The notes: generated by a model not told the origin, from the letters alone. A stretch of DNA of 64,000 bases from Octopus sinensis (GCF_006345805.1 NC_043003.1:48732001-48796000), one strand, 5' to 3'; positions 37,045 to 50,362 are shown, counted from the stretch's first letter. Translations and numbers: made by a program.

Positions 37045-37473
37045 GAATAGAATGGTAATCAAAGGGGTCCATAGATGAAAATGGTTGAGAACCCCTACTT
37101 TAGATGGAAATCAGAAAATGAATACGGTGAAGGTGGAGGAGTATTGCCAATGCGGGGTGGTGGTGCTGATTGACTTGGGAGAAAGTACTGTGTGATAAAA
37201 GTTAGAAACAAGAAGGTTAATGTTGTCAACATCTATGCTTTTCTTCCTTGTCCACCGTGAACCAGTTCAACCGATTTTATTTTTCACTGCTCTCAATATT
37301 CTTGCCAACTTCTACCTGTGCTCTCTTCTGCTCTTGTTGGTGTGTGCATCAATTCAACTAACCTTCTTGTTCTAACTTTTATCACACAGTACTTTCTCCC
37401 ACGTCATTAAGCAGCACCACCCCTCATTGGCAATACCCCTCCACCATATTCATTTTCTGATTTCCATCTAAAG

Positions 37474-37889
37474 CAGAGTTTCTCAACCACTTTTACCTAT
37501 GGATCCCCATAGCCATTCGATGTTTATAAACTAGTTTTATAGATATTTCTTTCAGCAGAACTCCTCTGTTTTGTTGTTCACACATTGACTTGTGTAGGTT
37601 GAACTATGTAAAATGTTAGAGAAAGAAGCCGAGCTGTTTCTTGCAGTACATACCAATACATACATCTAAAGCAAAATGTTTTCGGGGCCCCTTGAAATAC
37701 TATTACTCTTTTACTTGCTTCAGTCATTCAACTGTGGCCATGCTGGAGTACTGCCTTTTAGTCGAGCAAATCGATCCCAAAATTATTCTTTGTAAGCCTA
37801 GTACTTATTCTATCGGTCGCTTTTACTGAACCGCTAAGTTATGGGGACATAAACACACCAGCATCAGTTGTCGAGCGATGTTGGGGGGA

Positions 37890-37933
<44 letters not shown>

Positions 37934-38170
37934 CGATGGGGTTCTTTCAGTTTCCATCTACCAAATCCACTCACAAGACTTTTGTTGGCCCAAGGCTATA
38001 GTAGAAGACACTTGCCCAAGGTGCCACGCAGTGGGACTGAACCTAGAACCATGTGGTTTGGTAAGCAAGCTACTTACCACACAACTACTCCTGCGCCTAT
38101 GATTCCCAATTTATTATTTTGTTGTGATGACCCCCCAAAATCTTATATGTACCCTGGTTGAGAACCACTA
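37474..38170. mobile_element. hAT MITE interrupted by a SINE
   Basis: TIRs CAGAGTTTCTCAACC / GGTTGAGAACCACTA; TSD ATCTAAAG / ACCTAAAG. Confidence 0.75.
37705..38098 (-). mobile_element. SINE family B inside a hAT MITE
   Basis: Reverse-complement homology to 7893-8335. Confidence 0.88.
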
Positions 38171-38877
38171 ACCTAAAGTAATAGGACCACTTCATTTTGT
38201 GAACAAAGAACATTCACTCTTCGTGAATGCAGAACATCACGACTACTACTTGCTGTGTCTGTCACCAGAACTGTTAGAATTAACTACAAACACTAGCAGT
38301 ATAGCACATTGCCCTTTCAAGATGACAGAAAAGAGGTCACTAAGTGGAAAGCAAAGCAGTAGAGCAAAGATGGGTCATCAAGAAAGTTATGTTGAACTTT
38401 AAATCTTTACAAAGTATTTTACAAAGGATTTGTGTGTGACAAAAACATTTCAAGCACATGAATGTTTACAATGTCTACTGAGTGCCAATAATATTGACAC
38501 GTAATAACAAAACAAATCAAGTGTTAAAGCAGTGACTTTGTTAACTGTTCAGACATTTTATTGCCCTAGATGTGATATGATGCAATAACATGGAATGTGT
38601 TTGTTAGTATGTTTCCTTTTTTTTATGTATTGGTTGAATTCGTGGTGCCTTTATGTGTGCATACAGTGTGCTTAGGGGTACAGTATATGTGGGGGCTTAT
38701 ATTGGGGTGGGTGGGTGGAAAAAAGGCTTTTGGGTAGGTGTCTGGCATGTGTGTGTTTGTGGGTGCATTAGCGTATGTTCTGGTCAAACTATTTGCCGGG
38801 ACTCCCAGGTATTAGTGGAGGGCCAAAGTTGGGGGACTGATGATTATAGGCATTATGGAGCATCCATGTATGATAGA

Positions 38878-39506
38878 CTGTACTTCCTCTCATGTGGGCA
38901 AGGATTAAAAATTTCGCTTCTGCTATTCAGGTAAATGCCTAGGTGTTGGGTGCTCTCTAAAATTGCTCTTTTCTCAACCAGGCATAACCTGCACTTTCTG
39001 CTGCTTTTGAAGTGTGCTTTGCATTTCTCCAGAATCTTCCACTTTACGTTGTACTTGGTTGTGCTTTTTTTTCAAAAACTAAATGTGCTAAGCCAGGGTT
39101 GTGGCATTATGTCTCTCCAGGATTTTGAAGGAGGACTTGTGCTTCTGAAGGGGCCTTCAGTTGCTTCCACATACTTTTGCACGCTTGGTTGCCCATTTGG
39201 TCCTATGGCTGTTACCACTGCCTCATAAACAACAGTCTCCATGTTATAGTGGCCATTCAGTGGACATGTGTTATCCCTACATGAGCATCTTGCCTCTGTC
39301 ACAGGTGTGGGCCTACCTACTAAATTTTTTTTTATATTGGGTGCACAGCTAAAAGGAAAACTTAGGGTATGCATATTGAATATTTTGCTAAATCTATTGG
39401 TACAGGGGAAGTGCTTATCTACTAAACTAAAGAAAATCTTACCTATGCAAATTTTAACACTGCATTGTTTAAATGTACAGAATAATGTGTGCCATACATA
39501 ACACAC
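38878..39506 (-). mobile_element. Penelope-like element, decayed linker and GIY-YIG endonuclease
   Basis: IGKIFFSLVDKHFP..KIFN..FSCAPN, CSCRDNTCPLNG, VVYEA..KYVEATEGPF, then KWKILEK..KCRLCLVEK..LNSRSEIFNPCPH; contains stops and frameshifts. Confidence 0.85.
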
Positions 39507-39865
39507 AAAGCTTCATTTAGAACTGAAAAATAATGTCATCCAAAAGTTTCTCGTTGTTTCGCACCTAATCTTATGACCTTGCCTGGAAACTCTGCACTTC
39601 ACATGCCACCATTACTTGTATTGGTGTAATTTTCTGGTGAATAATAGCTTTCATTTTACTCAGTGTGCATTGTTCATTGATGCACATTTTCCATTTGAAG
39701 TAACCCCAAAAGAAATAATCACAAACTGCATGAGCTGGGTGATCAACCAGACTATGACATTGATCAAATGTTGTGAAATGACCGGTCAGTAACCATCTTT
39801 TCTTTCTTTTTTAATGGCATCCATTATGATGTTTTTGAAAGATACTTTATTTTATCACCAGAATA

Positions 39866-40275
39866 TACTCTTTACACTTTTACTTGTTTCAGTCATTTGA
39901 CTGTGACCATGCTTGAGCACTGCCTTTTAGTCAAGCAAATCAACCCCAGTACTTATTCTTTGTAAGCGTAGTTCTTATTCTATCAGTCTCTTTTGCCGAA
40001 CCACTAAGTTACAGGGACGTAAACACACCAGCATCGGTTGTCAAGCGATGTTGAGGGGACAAACACAGACACACAAACATATACACACACACACACATAT
40101 ATACATATATACAATGGGCTTCTTTCAGTTTCCGTCTATCAAATCCACTCACAAGGCTTTGGTCGGCCCGAGGCTATAGTAGAAGACACTTGCCCAAGGT
40201 GCCACGCACTGGGACTAAACCTGAAACCATGTGGTTGGTAAGCAAGCTACTTACCACACAGCCACTCCTACGCCT
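39866..40275 (-). mobile_element. SINE family B
   Basis: Reverse-complement homology to 7893-8335. Confidence 0.88.
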
Positions 40276-40797
40276 ATTATATATACTTTCTCACACAACA
40301 ATTAAGTTATATTTATTTTAAATCGTTTGTCTTTCTCCCCCAGACCTCACACACAAAAATTAATTTGGGCGCGATTTTTATTTTTATTTTGTTTTTCTTA
40401 GTTAAAATCATGCTGGTGAAAAGATCAATGGGGTTGGGGGTGAAATTTCCGAGGCTTCCACCTCACCCCACCCAATTTTTCGGACCCCTCAAGCCACATA
40501 AAGCGGTTCAGTGTTATATGATGTACATTTCACTGATATGTGTGAAAAGATGATGTTTGTATATGTGTGTTAGTAGTTCACCAATAGATTAGGCAGGGTT
40601 TGAAGTGTATATTTTGGGAGTGATTGTTAAGGAATGTGAAAAATAAGCGTATGGGATGGTCACAATGGATTTTTAATGTAAAGTGTTTAAGGTTGTGGAG
40701 CACTTTGATGGTTAGTCAAGCATGTCATTCATGTTAATGTGGTCAAGAAGTTAGTGTGTGTGTATATATATATATATATGCACATACACTCACACAC

Positions 40798-40835
<38 letters not shown>

Positions 40836-41331
40836 TCACACACACACATTGGTATATATGTATATACATAGATACACGCGTACACACACAGTTACATATA
40901 CACAAGAGCCTGGGAACAGAGTGTGCAAGTGGTGCGCTTGCACCCCCTAAAATTTCTGATGGGTGCAAAATGAAAATTTGCACTTGTGACATACTTTGCC
41001 TAGTTTAGAAGATAGTGTCTAAAAACTGATCTGTAAAATGTTGCTTGAAGTTGAGTTTCTTCTTAAAACAAGAACAAAGGACAAAAATAAATAAATAAAT
41101 AAATAAATAAAATGTCCAAAATGTTAACTGATGAAGCTGGCCATAAAATTCTCAAGAGAATTCTTGAAAGATATACTACTGAATCAAAGCATCAATATCA
41201 AAATTATAAGTGTGTGTGTCTATATATATTTCTAATTTTCCCGAGCGTCAAACTAATACACCTGCTTATAGTTTATACACCTGTCTTCGCCTTTTGTTTT
41301 TCTGTAAATTCCAACTATATATTAGTATATA

Positions 41332-41364
<33 letters not shown>

Positions 41365-41549
41365 AAGAGATTCTACTTGATAAATTCTTATATAGATTTT
41401 ATCCTTACAGTTAACTTTATATATAATGGTTTGCAATACTAACTTCAGGAAACCTATAAGTCACCTAGTGACACACTAGTCAGATTGACTACATCCTCAC
41501 CAGGAAAAGGGAAAGATGGCTACTTATAAATGCCAAAACCTACCCAGGC

Positions 41550-44412
41550 GAAGAATAGACTAGTAGTCAGCAACTTCAAGATCAGGGCTAAATGGATGCC
41601 CAGAAGACGACCAGCATGGAGGAGAAGGGTTTGGAAGCTTAAAAATCTTGCAAATGGACAGAGATTTAGAGATGTATTATTCGAAGCTTTTGACGAAATA
41701 GAGGGGGATGTAGCATCACATGATGTGGAAGACAACTGGAGGTTTCTATGGGACAACATGCTGAGGGCCACTGACCAGATCTGTGGATGGTGCAAAGTCC
41801 CCTCTCGACCCAAGGTAACATGGTGGTGGAACAATGTTGTTGACAGGGCCATTAGGAAAAAGAAATAGGCTTGGAAGGTCTGGAAGAATGGTGGTAGCAG
41901 GGAATCATATCTGACTGCTAAAAGGGAAGCTAGGAGACAGGCTTATTTAGCCAGGGGAGAAGCAGATAAGAAAAAATTTGCCAATGTTCTGCACCATGAG
42001 GACCAAAGACTTGAGGTATTTTGTGCTGTGAGAGAGAATCGTGATGTCATAGAAGAGAAATGTGTTTGCATGGATGATGGTTCACTTGCATTAAACGAGA
42101 CTGCAAAGAGAGAAGTATGGAGATGCCACTATGAAAAGTTGCTAAATAAAGAGAATGAATGGGAGAAAGTGAGCCTGCTGAAAGCCGACCCAACAGAGGG
42201 ACCAGCTATCCGATTTGACAGTGCCTTGGTAGATAAAGCAACTAAGGGTATGAAGACAGGGAAAGCCCCAGCCCATCAGGAATCACTGCAGAGATGCTCA
42301 AAATATCTGGCAGTGTTGGCTATAGCCTAGTCACTTGTATAGTTAACCAGGTGATACATGAAGGAGTCATACCCAATGACTGGTGTAGCAGCACCATAGT
42401 CAACTGCTACAAAGGTAATGGTGATGCATTAAATACAAATAATTGCAGAGGTATCAAGCTGTTGGATCAGGTAATGAAAGTCACGGAGAGGGTTGTAGTC
42501 CAACTAATTAGGGAGAGGGTCAGTCTAGACAAGATGCAGTTTGTGTTTGTACCAAGGAAAAGCACCACTGATGCTATATTTCTGGTAAGACAGCTGCAGG
42601 AGAAATACCTTGTCAAAGATAAACCCCTGTACCTGGCTTTTGTTGACATGGAGAAAGCCTTTGACAGGGTCCCTGATCCCTTATCTGGTGGTCAATGAGG
42701 AAACTAGGGATAGATGAATGGTTATTGAGAGTTGTGCAAGCCATGTACAGGGACGCTGTCAGTAAGGTGAGGATTGGCAACAAGTATGGTGAAGAATTCC
42801 AGGTAGAGGTTAGAGTCCACCAAGGTTCAGTCCGCAGCCCCCTCCTATTTATCATAGTCCTCCAGGCAATAACAGAGGAATTCAAGACAGGATGCCCCTG
42901 GGAACTTCTCTATACTGATGATCTTGCTCTTATTGCTGAGTCACTATCAGAACTAGAGAAGTTTCAGGTGTGGAAGCAAGGATTAGAATCAAGGGCCTTA
43001 GAGTCAATCTAGCTAAAACCAAAGTCTTAATAAGTAGGAAGGCAGGCAAACCACAAATCCCTTCAGGTGGATGGCCCTGCTCGATCTGTAGAAAAGGCGT
43101 AGGTAGAAACTCTATAAGATGTACCCAGTGCATGCTATGGACACATAAGAGGTACAGCAATATCAAAGGAAGGCTAACTGGGAAGATAGATTTTGTATGT
43201 GGCAGATGCTCAGGAGCAATAAACATTGGAAATGTGCAGAGAACAACTTCTGCCACATTCCAGGGAGAAAAACTAGAAGTAGTTGACAGCTTCCATTACC
43301 TAGGTGACCAAGTCAGTAGCGGGGTTGGATGCTCTGAAAGTGTAGCTGCTAGAATAAGAATAGCTTGGGCAAAGTTTAGAGAGCTCCTACCTCTGCTGGT
43401 GACAAAGGGCCTCTCGCCCAGAGTAGAAGGTAGACTGTATGACGCATGTGTATGAACAGCCATGCTACGTGGCAGTGAAATATGGGTGGTGACTGCTGAG
43501 GGCATGCATAAGCTTGCAAGGAATGAAGTGAGTATGATCTGATGGATGTGTAATGTCAATGTGCACACACAACAGAGTGTAAGCACCTTGAGAGAAAGGT
43601 TGAACCTAATAAGCATCAGATGTGGTGTGCAAGAGAGGCGACTGCACTGGTATGGAAATGTGGTGCAAATGGATTAAGACAGCTGTATGAAAAAGTGTCA
43701 CACCCTAGCAGTTGAGGGAATCTGTGGAAGAGGTAGACCCAGGAATACCTGGGATGAGGTGGTGAAGCAATGACTAGTGACCGAGACCTCTGAAATATGC
43801 TGTGCTTGAGAAGACCCAGCAAGCCAAGTGAGACCATAACTTGTGGCCTATCCCTATGCCAGTGGTGCAACTAGCCTGCTTATGTGTGAAAACCTGTTGA
43901 GGCAAGTGAAATCACAATTAAAATCAAATTCTCTGATGTGGCCAATGACAGCACCGCCTGACTGGCACCTGTGTCAGTGGAATGTTAAAAGCACCATCCA
44001 AGCATGATCGTTGCTAGGGCCACTGATTAGCTCCTGTGCCAGTGGCATATAAAAAGCACGATTTGAGGTTGATCGTTACCAGCATCGCCTTACTGGCACT
44101 TGTGCCGGTAGCACGTGAAAAACATTTGAGTGCCGTCATTGCCAGTGTTGTTGGACTGGCTCCTGTGCAGGTGGCACATAAAAAACACCATTCGAGTGTG
44201 GCTGTCGCCAGTACTGCCTGACTGGCCCTCGTGCCAGTGGCACGTAAAAGCACCCACTACACTCTGAGTGGTTGGCATTAGGAAGGGCATCCAGCTGTAT
44301 AAACTCTGCCAGATCAGACTGGAGCCTGGTGCAGCCATCTGGCTTGCCAGTCCTCAGTCAAACCATCCAACCAATGCCAGCATGGAAAGCAGACGTTAAA
44401 TGATGATGATGA
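41550..44412 (+). mobile_element. 5'-truncated, frameshifted RTE-clade LINE (end of APE domain, RT, 3' UTR, (TGA)n tail)
   Basis: RT motifs GKAP, DWCSSTIVNCYKG, STTDAIF, AFVDMEKAFDRVP, HQGSVRSPLLF, LYTDDL (YTDD at 42911-42922), GLRVNLAKTK and SFHYLG spread over several frames with stops. Ends in CCAGCATGGAAAGCAGACGTTAAATGATGATGATGA. Confidence 0.93.
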
Positions 44413-45004
44413 CTACAAATATGACTGAGGCATCTAGGGGTGGTCATATAGTATTCTATGTACTTTGAGTAAATATATAAACTGAAGGCATAAAAGTTAG
44501 GGGTGGGCAAAAGCCCCATTATTTAATTTATTTGCACTCTACTTCTGAAAATATTAATAGCTCTCTTTTTCTTTCTTCTTTCTGTCCTTTCCCCTCTCTT
44601 TCTTTCCTCTTTCCATTCATTCTTTTTTTCCTTTCTCTCCTTCCTTCCTTCCTCCTTTATTTCCTTTGTTTATTCCTATTTTTCTTCTTTTCCTATTTTC
44701 TTTCTTTCCTTCTTTCAATATGAAAACTGTAACACTAGACTGAATCACTACAGTGATAAAGATCAAACTGTGACAGAAATATTCAATCATCATCATTATT
44801 ATTATCATCATTATCATCATCATCATCATCATCATCATTATTATTATAGCTAAAATTACATTACTGATAACAAACTCCTCTTATTCCAAAGTTCATTACA
44901 GTTGACACATCAAGGCAAGTGGTTATAATTAGCTCAAAGATATCTTTTAGCTCCTTGTTTTGTTTCAGACATCATGTAGTACTTACTACCTCATGGTATC
45001 TATT

Positions 45005-45392
45005 ACTTGTTTCAGTCATTAGACTGCGGCCATGCTGGGGCACCATCTTGAAAGGTTTTAGTTGAATGAATTGACACCAGTACATTCTATTTTTATTTTT
45101 TTAAAGCCTGGTACTTATTTTCTCTGTTAGTCTCTTTTGCCGAACTGTTAAGTTATGGGGAATTAAACAAACCAATACCAGTTGTCAAGTAGTGGTGGGG
45201 GACAGACAGCCAGACAGACAGACACACACACACACACACAACAGCCTTCTTTCAGTTTCCATCTGCCAAATTCACTCACAAGGCTTTGGTTGGCCTGAGG
45301 ATATAGAAGGCATTTGCCCATGGTGCCACGTAGTGGGACTGAACTCGGAACCATGTAGTTTGGAAGCAAACTTTTTACCACACAGCCACACC
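45005..45392 (-). mobile_element. SINE family B
   Basis: Reverse-complement homology, CpG-decayed. Confidence 0.85.
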
Positions 45393-46572
45393 ATAGATAT
45401 ATTGTAATGGTTGTATATTACTTTCTTATTTAACATGTCTGTGAGTCTTCAGGTGCAAAGAAATCATCATCATCCATACCTGTGTTGTTTAGGCCCAGTT
45501 CAACCCATTCATGTCTCTTGTTTTAGATGCATATTGCACTGATGGTCAGTAACATTCCATCAATGACCAGTCCAGTTTTTTGTTCAAATTGAATGTTTCT
45601 AGGACCATATATTTCAAACTCTCCTTCATTTTTAGACAACAGGGTGTAATTTGAAGATTTCACTTTTATTTCTAGCAGGTTGGACAACTATGTAAAGATG
45701 CCCTCATATTCAGTTGTAGTGTGTCTACAAAACAGCAGCAGTGTGTTTCACAAGGATTAAGTTGTCTTTTATTCATTGGCCTTGGCTGGCTGCAACCACT
45801 GACTAGCTAGCAGATAAACAATCTATTTATAACTGATATCTGTCAAAGAAAAGTCTCCAAAGACATAATTGTTATTGAAATTTCAACGAATCTATTGTCT
45901 TGTTTTGCTGGTCAACTAGCTACTGATAAAAAAGAAAAACAAAGCCTTGTGAGTGGATTTGGTAGATGGAAATTGAAAGAAGCTTGTCGTATATATATGT
46001 GTGTGTTTGTGTGTCTGTGTTTGTACCCCCGACATCGCTTGACAACCGATGCTGGTGTATTTACATCCCGTAACTTAGCAGTTCAGCAAAAGAGATTGAT
46101 AGAATAAGTACTAGGCTTACAAAGAATAAGTCCTGGGGTCGATTTGCTCGACTAAAGGCGGTGCTCCAGCATGGCCACAGTCAAATGACTGAAACAAGTA
46201 AAAGAGTAAAGAGTATCCTCATTAAATGTTCATGTTCCATGCTGGCTGGCATGGGTTGGACAGTTTGACAGGAACCAATGGGTCCAACAACTACATGGTG
46301 CTGTAGTGTCTGTTTGGCATGGTTTCTATGGCTGGATACCCTTCTTAATGTCAACCACTTTACAGTGTGTAGTGGGTACTTTTTTTTTGTACCACCAGCT
46401 TAAGTGATGTCACCATGCAACTTGCAAGACTACAAAACATGAGTTTGCGGGTGGAGTTTTATGCTTGGAGAATGAGAAGAGAGGGGTGAAGTATGAAAGA
46501 AAAGGGTCAGAGAAGAGCAGGCTTCTTACTGTGGAGGAGTGATATAACAAAAAATATAATAAATAAGTAAAA

Positions 46573-47167
46573 GCACAGGCATGCCTGTGTGGTAAGAAAT
46601 TTGTTTCCCAACTACATGGTTCTGGGTTCAGTCCCACTGCAAAGAACCATGGGCAAGTGTCTTCTACGATAGTCTCGGGCCAACCAAACCCTTGTGAGTA
46701 GATCTAGTTGATGGAAACTGAAAGAAGCCTGTCATATATCATCATCATCATCATCCTTAACATCATTTTCCATGGTTGGTTAATTTGATGGAGAGCTGTT
46801 CCGGGTTCCAGTCTGATTTGGCTTGGTTTCTATGGCTCAATGCCCTTCCTAATGCTAACCACTTTACAGTGTGTGTACTGGGTGCTTTTAATGTGGCACT
46901 GGGATGAGTATGTATATATATATATATATATATGTGTGTATATTTATATGTGTCTTTGTGTCTATGTTTGTCCCTCACCATTGTTTGATAACCTTTGTTG
47001 GTGTGTTTACATCCCTGTAAGTCGGGCAGTTTAGCAAAAGAGATCACTAGAACAAGTACCCAGTTTTTTTTAAAAATAAAAGTACTGGAGCCAATTTGTT
47101 CGACTGGAATTCTTCTATGCATTACCCCAGCATTGACACAATCTTATGACTGAAACATGCACAAGAT
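46573..47167 (+). mobile_element. SINE family B interrupted by an RTE 3'-tail fragment (46740-46905, -)
   Basis: Both SINE halves are present. The insert starts (CAT)n and is the reverse complement of 44250-44410-like sequence. Confidence 0.8.
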
Positions 47168-47244
47168 AACCGTAATTCCACAGCCTCATGATTTATAATA
47201 ATTCTAGAAAAATATTAAAGTTTTATTTTTCTCTTTATTTTCAG

Positions 47245-48260
47245 GAATTTTGTAATACAGAAGAAATTTTGCAGACACTTGATCATGACCAAAAAAAAAA
47301 AAAACCAACTTGAAAATGCTTAATTCAAGCAGACTACTGGCTACTGTATTCTGCTTTCTATGGATTTGAAATCATTTTTTTTTAATGTTTTGTCTATCAT
47401 TCTTTCTATTATCTTTACATTACAATTAGTGTAGTTCGATTACAAACTTGCATATGGTTTCTTCAAGGTGACTGTAATTGTACATTTTTTAGTTTTATTT
47501 TTATATTTTTTTGTAGTTTTTTGTTAATTTTATAACTGTTCTTTTTTCATGTTTTCAGCTAAACTGTCATGTTTAATTTATGAAATGGAAAAAAAGAATT
47601 AGAATTAAGAAAATGTAACTACAATAGTTAGTATTAAAGTAGGGAATAGGCTATTTCTAATGTTAATGTGTTTATTTTAGTTTCTCATACAAATTATGCT
47701 ACACTACACACACACATACACTGTTTGTAATATAATCTTTGTAGTAAGTATAGTGAGTAGAACAATTCTGTATATTTTGACTTTGTTAAAAATCTAATGA
47801 CATTAATGTCAAAACACACATTTAGTGACATGTAACAAGGTAAATATATCAATTACTTTATTTGGAACCAGCAGAACTTGTAACTCTAATTTATAAACAC
47901 ACATTTGTCCCCCTCTTTACTCGCACGCATCAGACACACTTTTAAGCACATATATTTAATTATATTTTGAATTTAGATAAAATACATTGACCTATTTGTT
48001 TTAATATGAAATATGCCATCTTGCAATTTTGCATAATGAATTTCTATGCATAAATATTTTGTTTTCTTTTCCTTGATAACCAATGAATATAAATGAAAAG
48101 CAATGGTTTCTCTTTTTCCGTGAATATTTAAATTCTGGAAGAATAATAACAATGGAAAATGATTGGATAATCTAAATACATATTAATAATGGGTGAAGTA
48201 ACAATGGAAGGAAATTATTATAAAGTTCTGTATAAAAATGGAGAAATAAAACAATAACAA
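47245..48260 (+). other. Putative non-coding terminal exon (3' UTR) of NUPR1
   Basis: About 1 kb of repeat-free, U/A-rich sequence after the acceptor, with AATAAA at 48245-48250. Confidence 0.45.
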
Positions 48261-49369
48261 ACCAAAAACTAGATTTATCACTTTCTCTTTGCTAATGCAT
48301 TCATTAGCATAAATTGAATTTGCAAATATGTTTATACATTGTGAAGGCATGTGGCGTAGTGGTTAGGGTGTTAGACTCATAATCACTAAATTGTGGTTTC
48401 AATTCTTGAACTGGGTGGAGTATTGTTTTTTGAGTGAAATACTTTTTTCTCGTTGTTCTAGTCCAGTCAACTGTAAATGATGATTCTGTGATGAACTGGC
48501 ATCTTGTTCAGAGGGAATGTTTTGATCTTGGTCACTTACTCACCAAGGAAATTGGGTAACCAGCCTTATCAGTCCTAGATCAGACACTAAGAAATGATGG
48601 ATACTAAGGCATGATGTATGTAGTAGATGAGTTTAATAGTGTGTAGTTTACTGTTTGACAGTTCAGTAGTTGAACAAAACACCTCGTTTCATGTTGTTCC
48701 AGTCCTACTGGCTGTAAATAAGTAACTCTGTGATGAACCTACATCCCATTCAGAGAGAACATTGTGATTTCAGTCACTTATTTGCTATGCATAAGCAGTC
48801 TTATGAGTCATAGATTACTGTAATCCCTCACCATATCACAGTTCACCTACCATAGTTTATTATAAGCTTCTGTTGCTTCGTTTAAGTCATCCTGTAAAGA
48901 AGAAAGTGTACCTTCAGCTTAGATTATTATGAGGCTCCGAGTCATCTGGATTTCTGAGGTATTAAGCGGTAAGACTATGACTCGCACCAGAATGGAACAA
49001 CTCTCTTTTACAGAGTTACCTCCCAGCTGTTGCTTGAACTTATTTTCAACTGAACGGACTGGAGCAATATGAAATGAAATGTCTTGCTGAAGAGTACAAT
49101 TCTTCACATGGTCTGTAAATTGATCCCATGAACTATTGATCATGACTCTAACGTCCTAACCACTTAGTTACATGCTTTCACAACTCTTTCTATAGGCCTC
49201 AATTATATGGAATTGTTCGTATTGTGACTGTATTTCAATCAATTCTCTCCCTATCATGTCAAATTGGATTTGATATGAATGACCAAAAGATTAGTTGACA
49301 CTTAGTATAGTTGTTCCGTTGAGGAATCCTATTATCTCTCAAAGTATAGGGATATTGCTGAAGACTTTG

Positions 49370-49690
49370 CTTTTATACAGCATTTTGAAGCCAAATCAAA
49401 CAACTAGAGCTATTTTATCTTTGAATAATATTTACAAGAACCAAGCACCCTCACGAGCATTACCTGACACCTTGGTGAGGTGAGCTGCCAATGATGACAA
49501 GAATTTTGTGATTAGCAGCCCAGCCCTTCCAAACATCTCAAATGTTACAGGTTGGAAGAAATAATTCATTGCCAGGTCCCAGTTCTTCAAGGTTTTGTTC
49601 CATTTGGCTATGGAAGCAGTGACCCTCCCATTTAGCATAGCATTCAGGACATGGAAGGGAGCAAAAGAGTCACAGACCGTGGCATCCTGT
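49370..49690 (-). mobile_element. CRE-clade-like non-LTR retrotransposon RLE fragment
   Basis: DATVCDSFAP..ASIA..K..DLAMNYFFQPVTFEMFGRAG..KFLSSL..VSGNAREGAWF matches the WDAT..D..AP / F.PVA.ET.G / GD.RE pattern. Confidence 0.7.
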
Positions 49691-50157
49691 TCATATTTTG
49701 AATAAAAACTATACGTTTTTCAGATTAACAAATAAAAAATTTATAGGAGTTGAGCTCCCTATTAATAACTTATAAGATACTTGTCTCTTAGACAATGCTT
49801 ACAGCAATTACTGTACATATCTTAAGGTACTTAGTTATTCAGTTTCGATTTCAATGTAGTGCTAATAGGGAATATAAACAGCACCTTAATCAGTAGAATA
49901 CTTTATTGGACTGGACAATCATTTCTGTATTAAAAACCTGCAACAAGCTGCTAGATATTATATTTCTATTTCCCCATTGTTGAATGAAGCTTCCGCATAC
50001 TGTAACCAGCTTATCTATTTTGGTTATAGTGTTAACTAAATGTTGTTATGATTAGGTGGTTAGCTCTGATCAATTGCCTTCTTGCTGTAATTTGAACTCA
50101 GAACAAAGAATCAGAACAGATATTGCAACAAATCTCTTTCAGTGCTCAAACCATTCT

Positions 50158-50362
50158 TATTTCTTTACTACCCACAAGGGGTTAAACACAGAGGGGACAA
50201 ACAAGAACAGACAGTGCGTAACTGGTACTTAATTTATCAACCCCAAAAGGATGAAAGGCAAAGTCGACCTCAGCAGATTTTGAACTCAGAACGTAACAGC
50301 AGATGAAATACCACTAAGTATTTTGCCCAGTATGCTAATGTTTCTGCCAGCTCGCCACCTTA
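50158..50362 (-). mobile_element. SINE family A, CpG-decayed
   Basis: Homologous to the other copies, with most CpGs changed to TG/CA. Confidence 0.9.

Larger units (their letters stand above)
35693..47244 (+). other. Putative 3'-UTR intron of NUPR1
   Basis: Donor AT|GTAAGT at 35693, 18 nt after the stop. Best downstream acceptor TTTTATTTTTCTCTTTATTTTCAG|G ends at 47244. The donor is strong; pairing with this acceptor is inferred. Confidence 0.55.

Noticed and set aside
41120-41175. CTGATGAAG...GAAAG hammerhead candidate
   Set aside because: Stem II does not close between the core halves, and stems I and III are absent.
41530-43455. Active LINE or host RT gene
   Set aside because: 5'-truncated, with multiple stops and frameshifts and YADD altered to YTDD.
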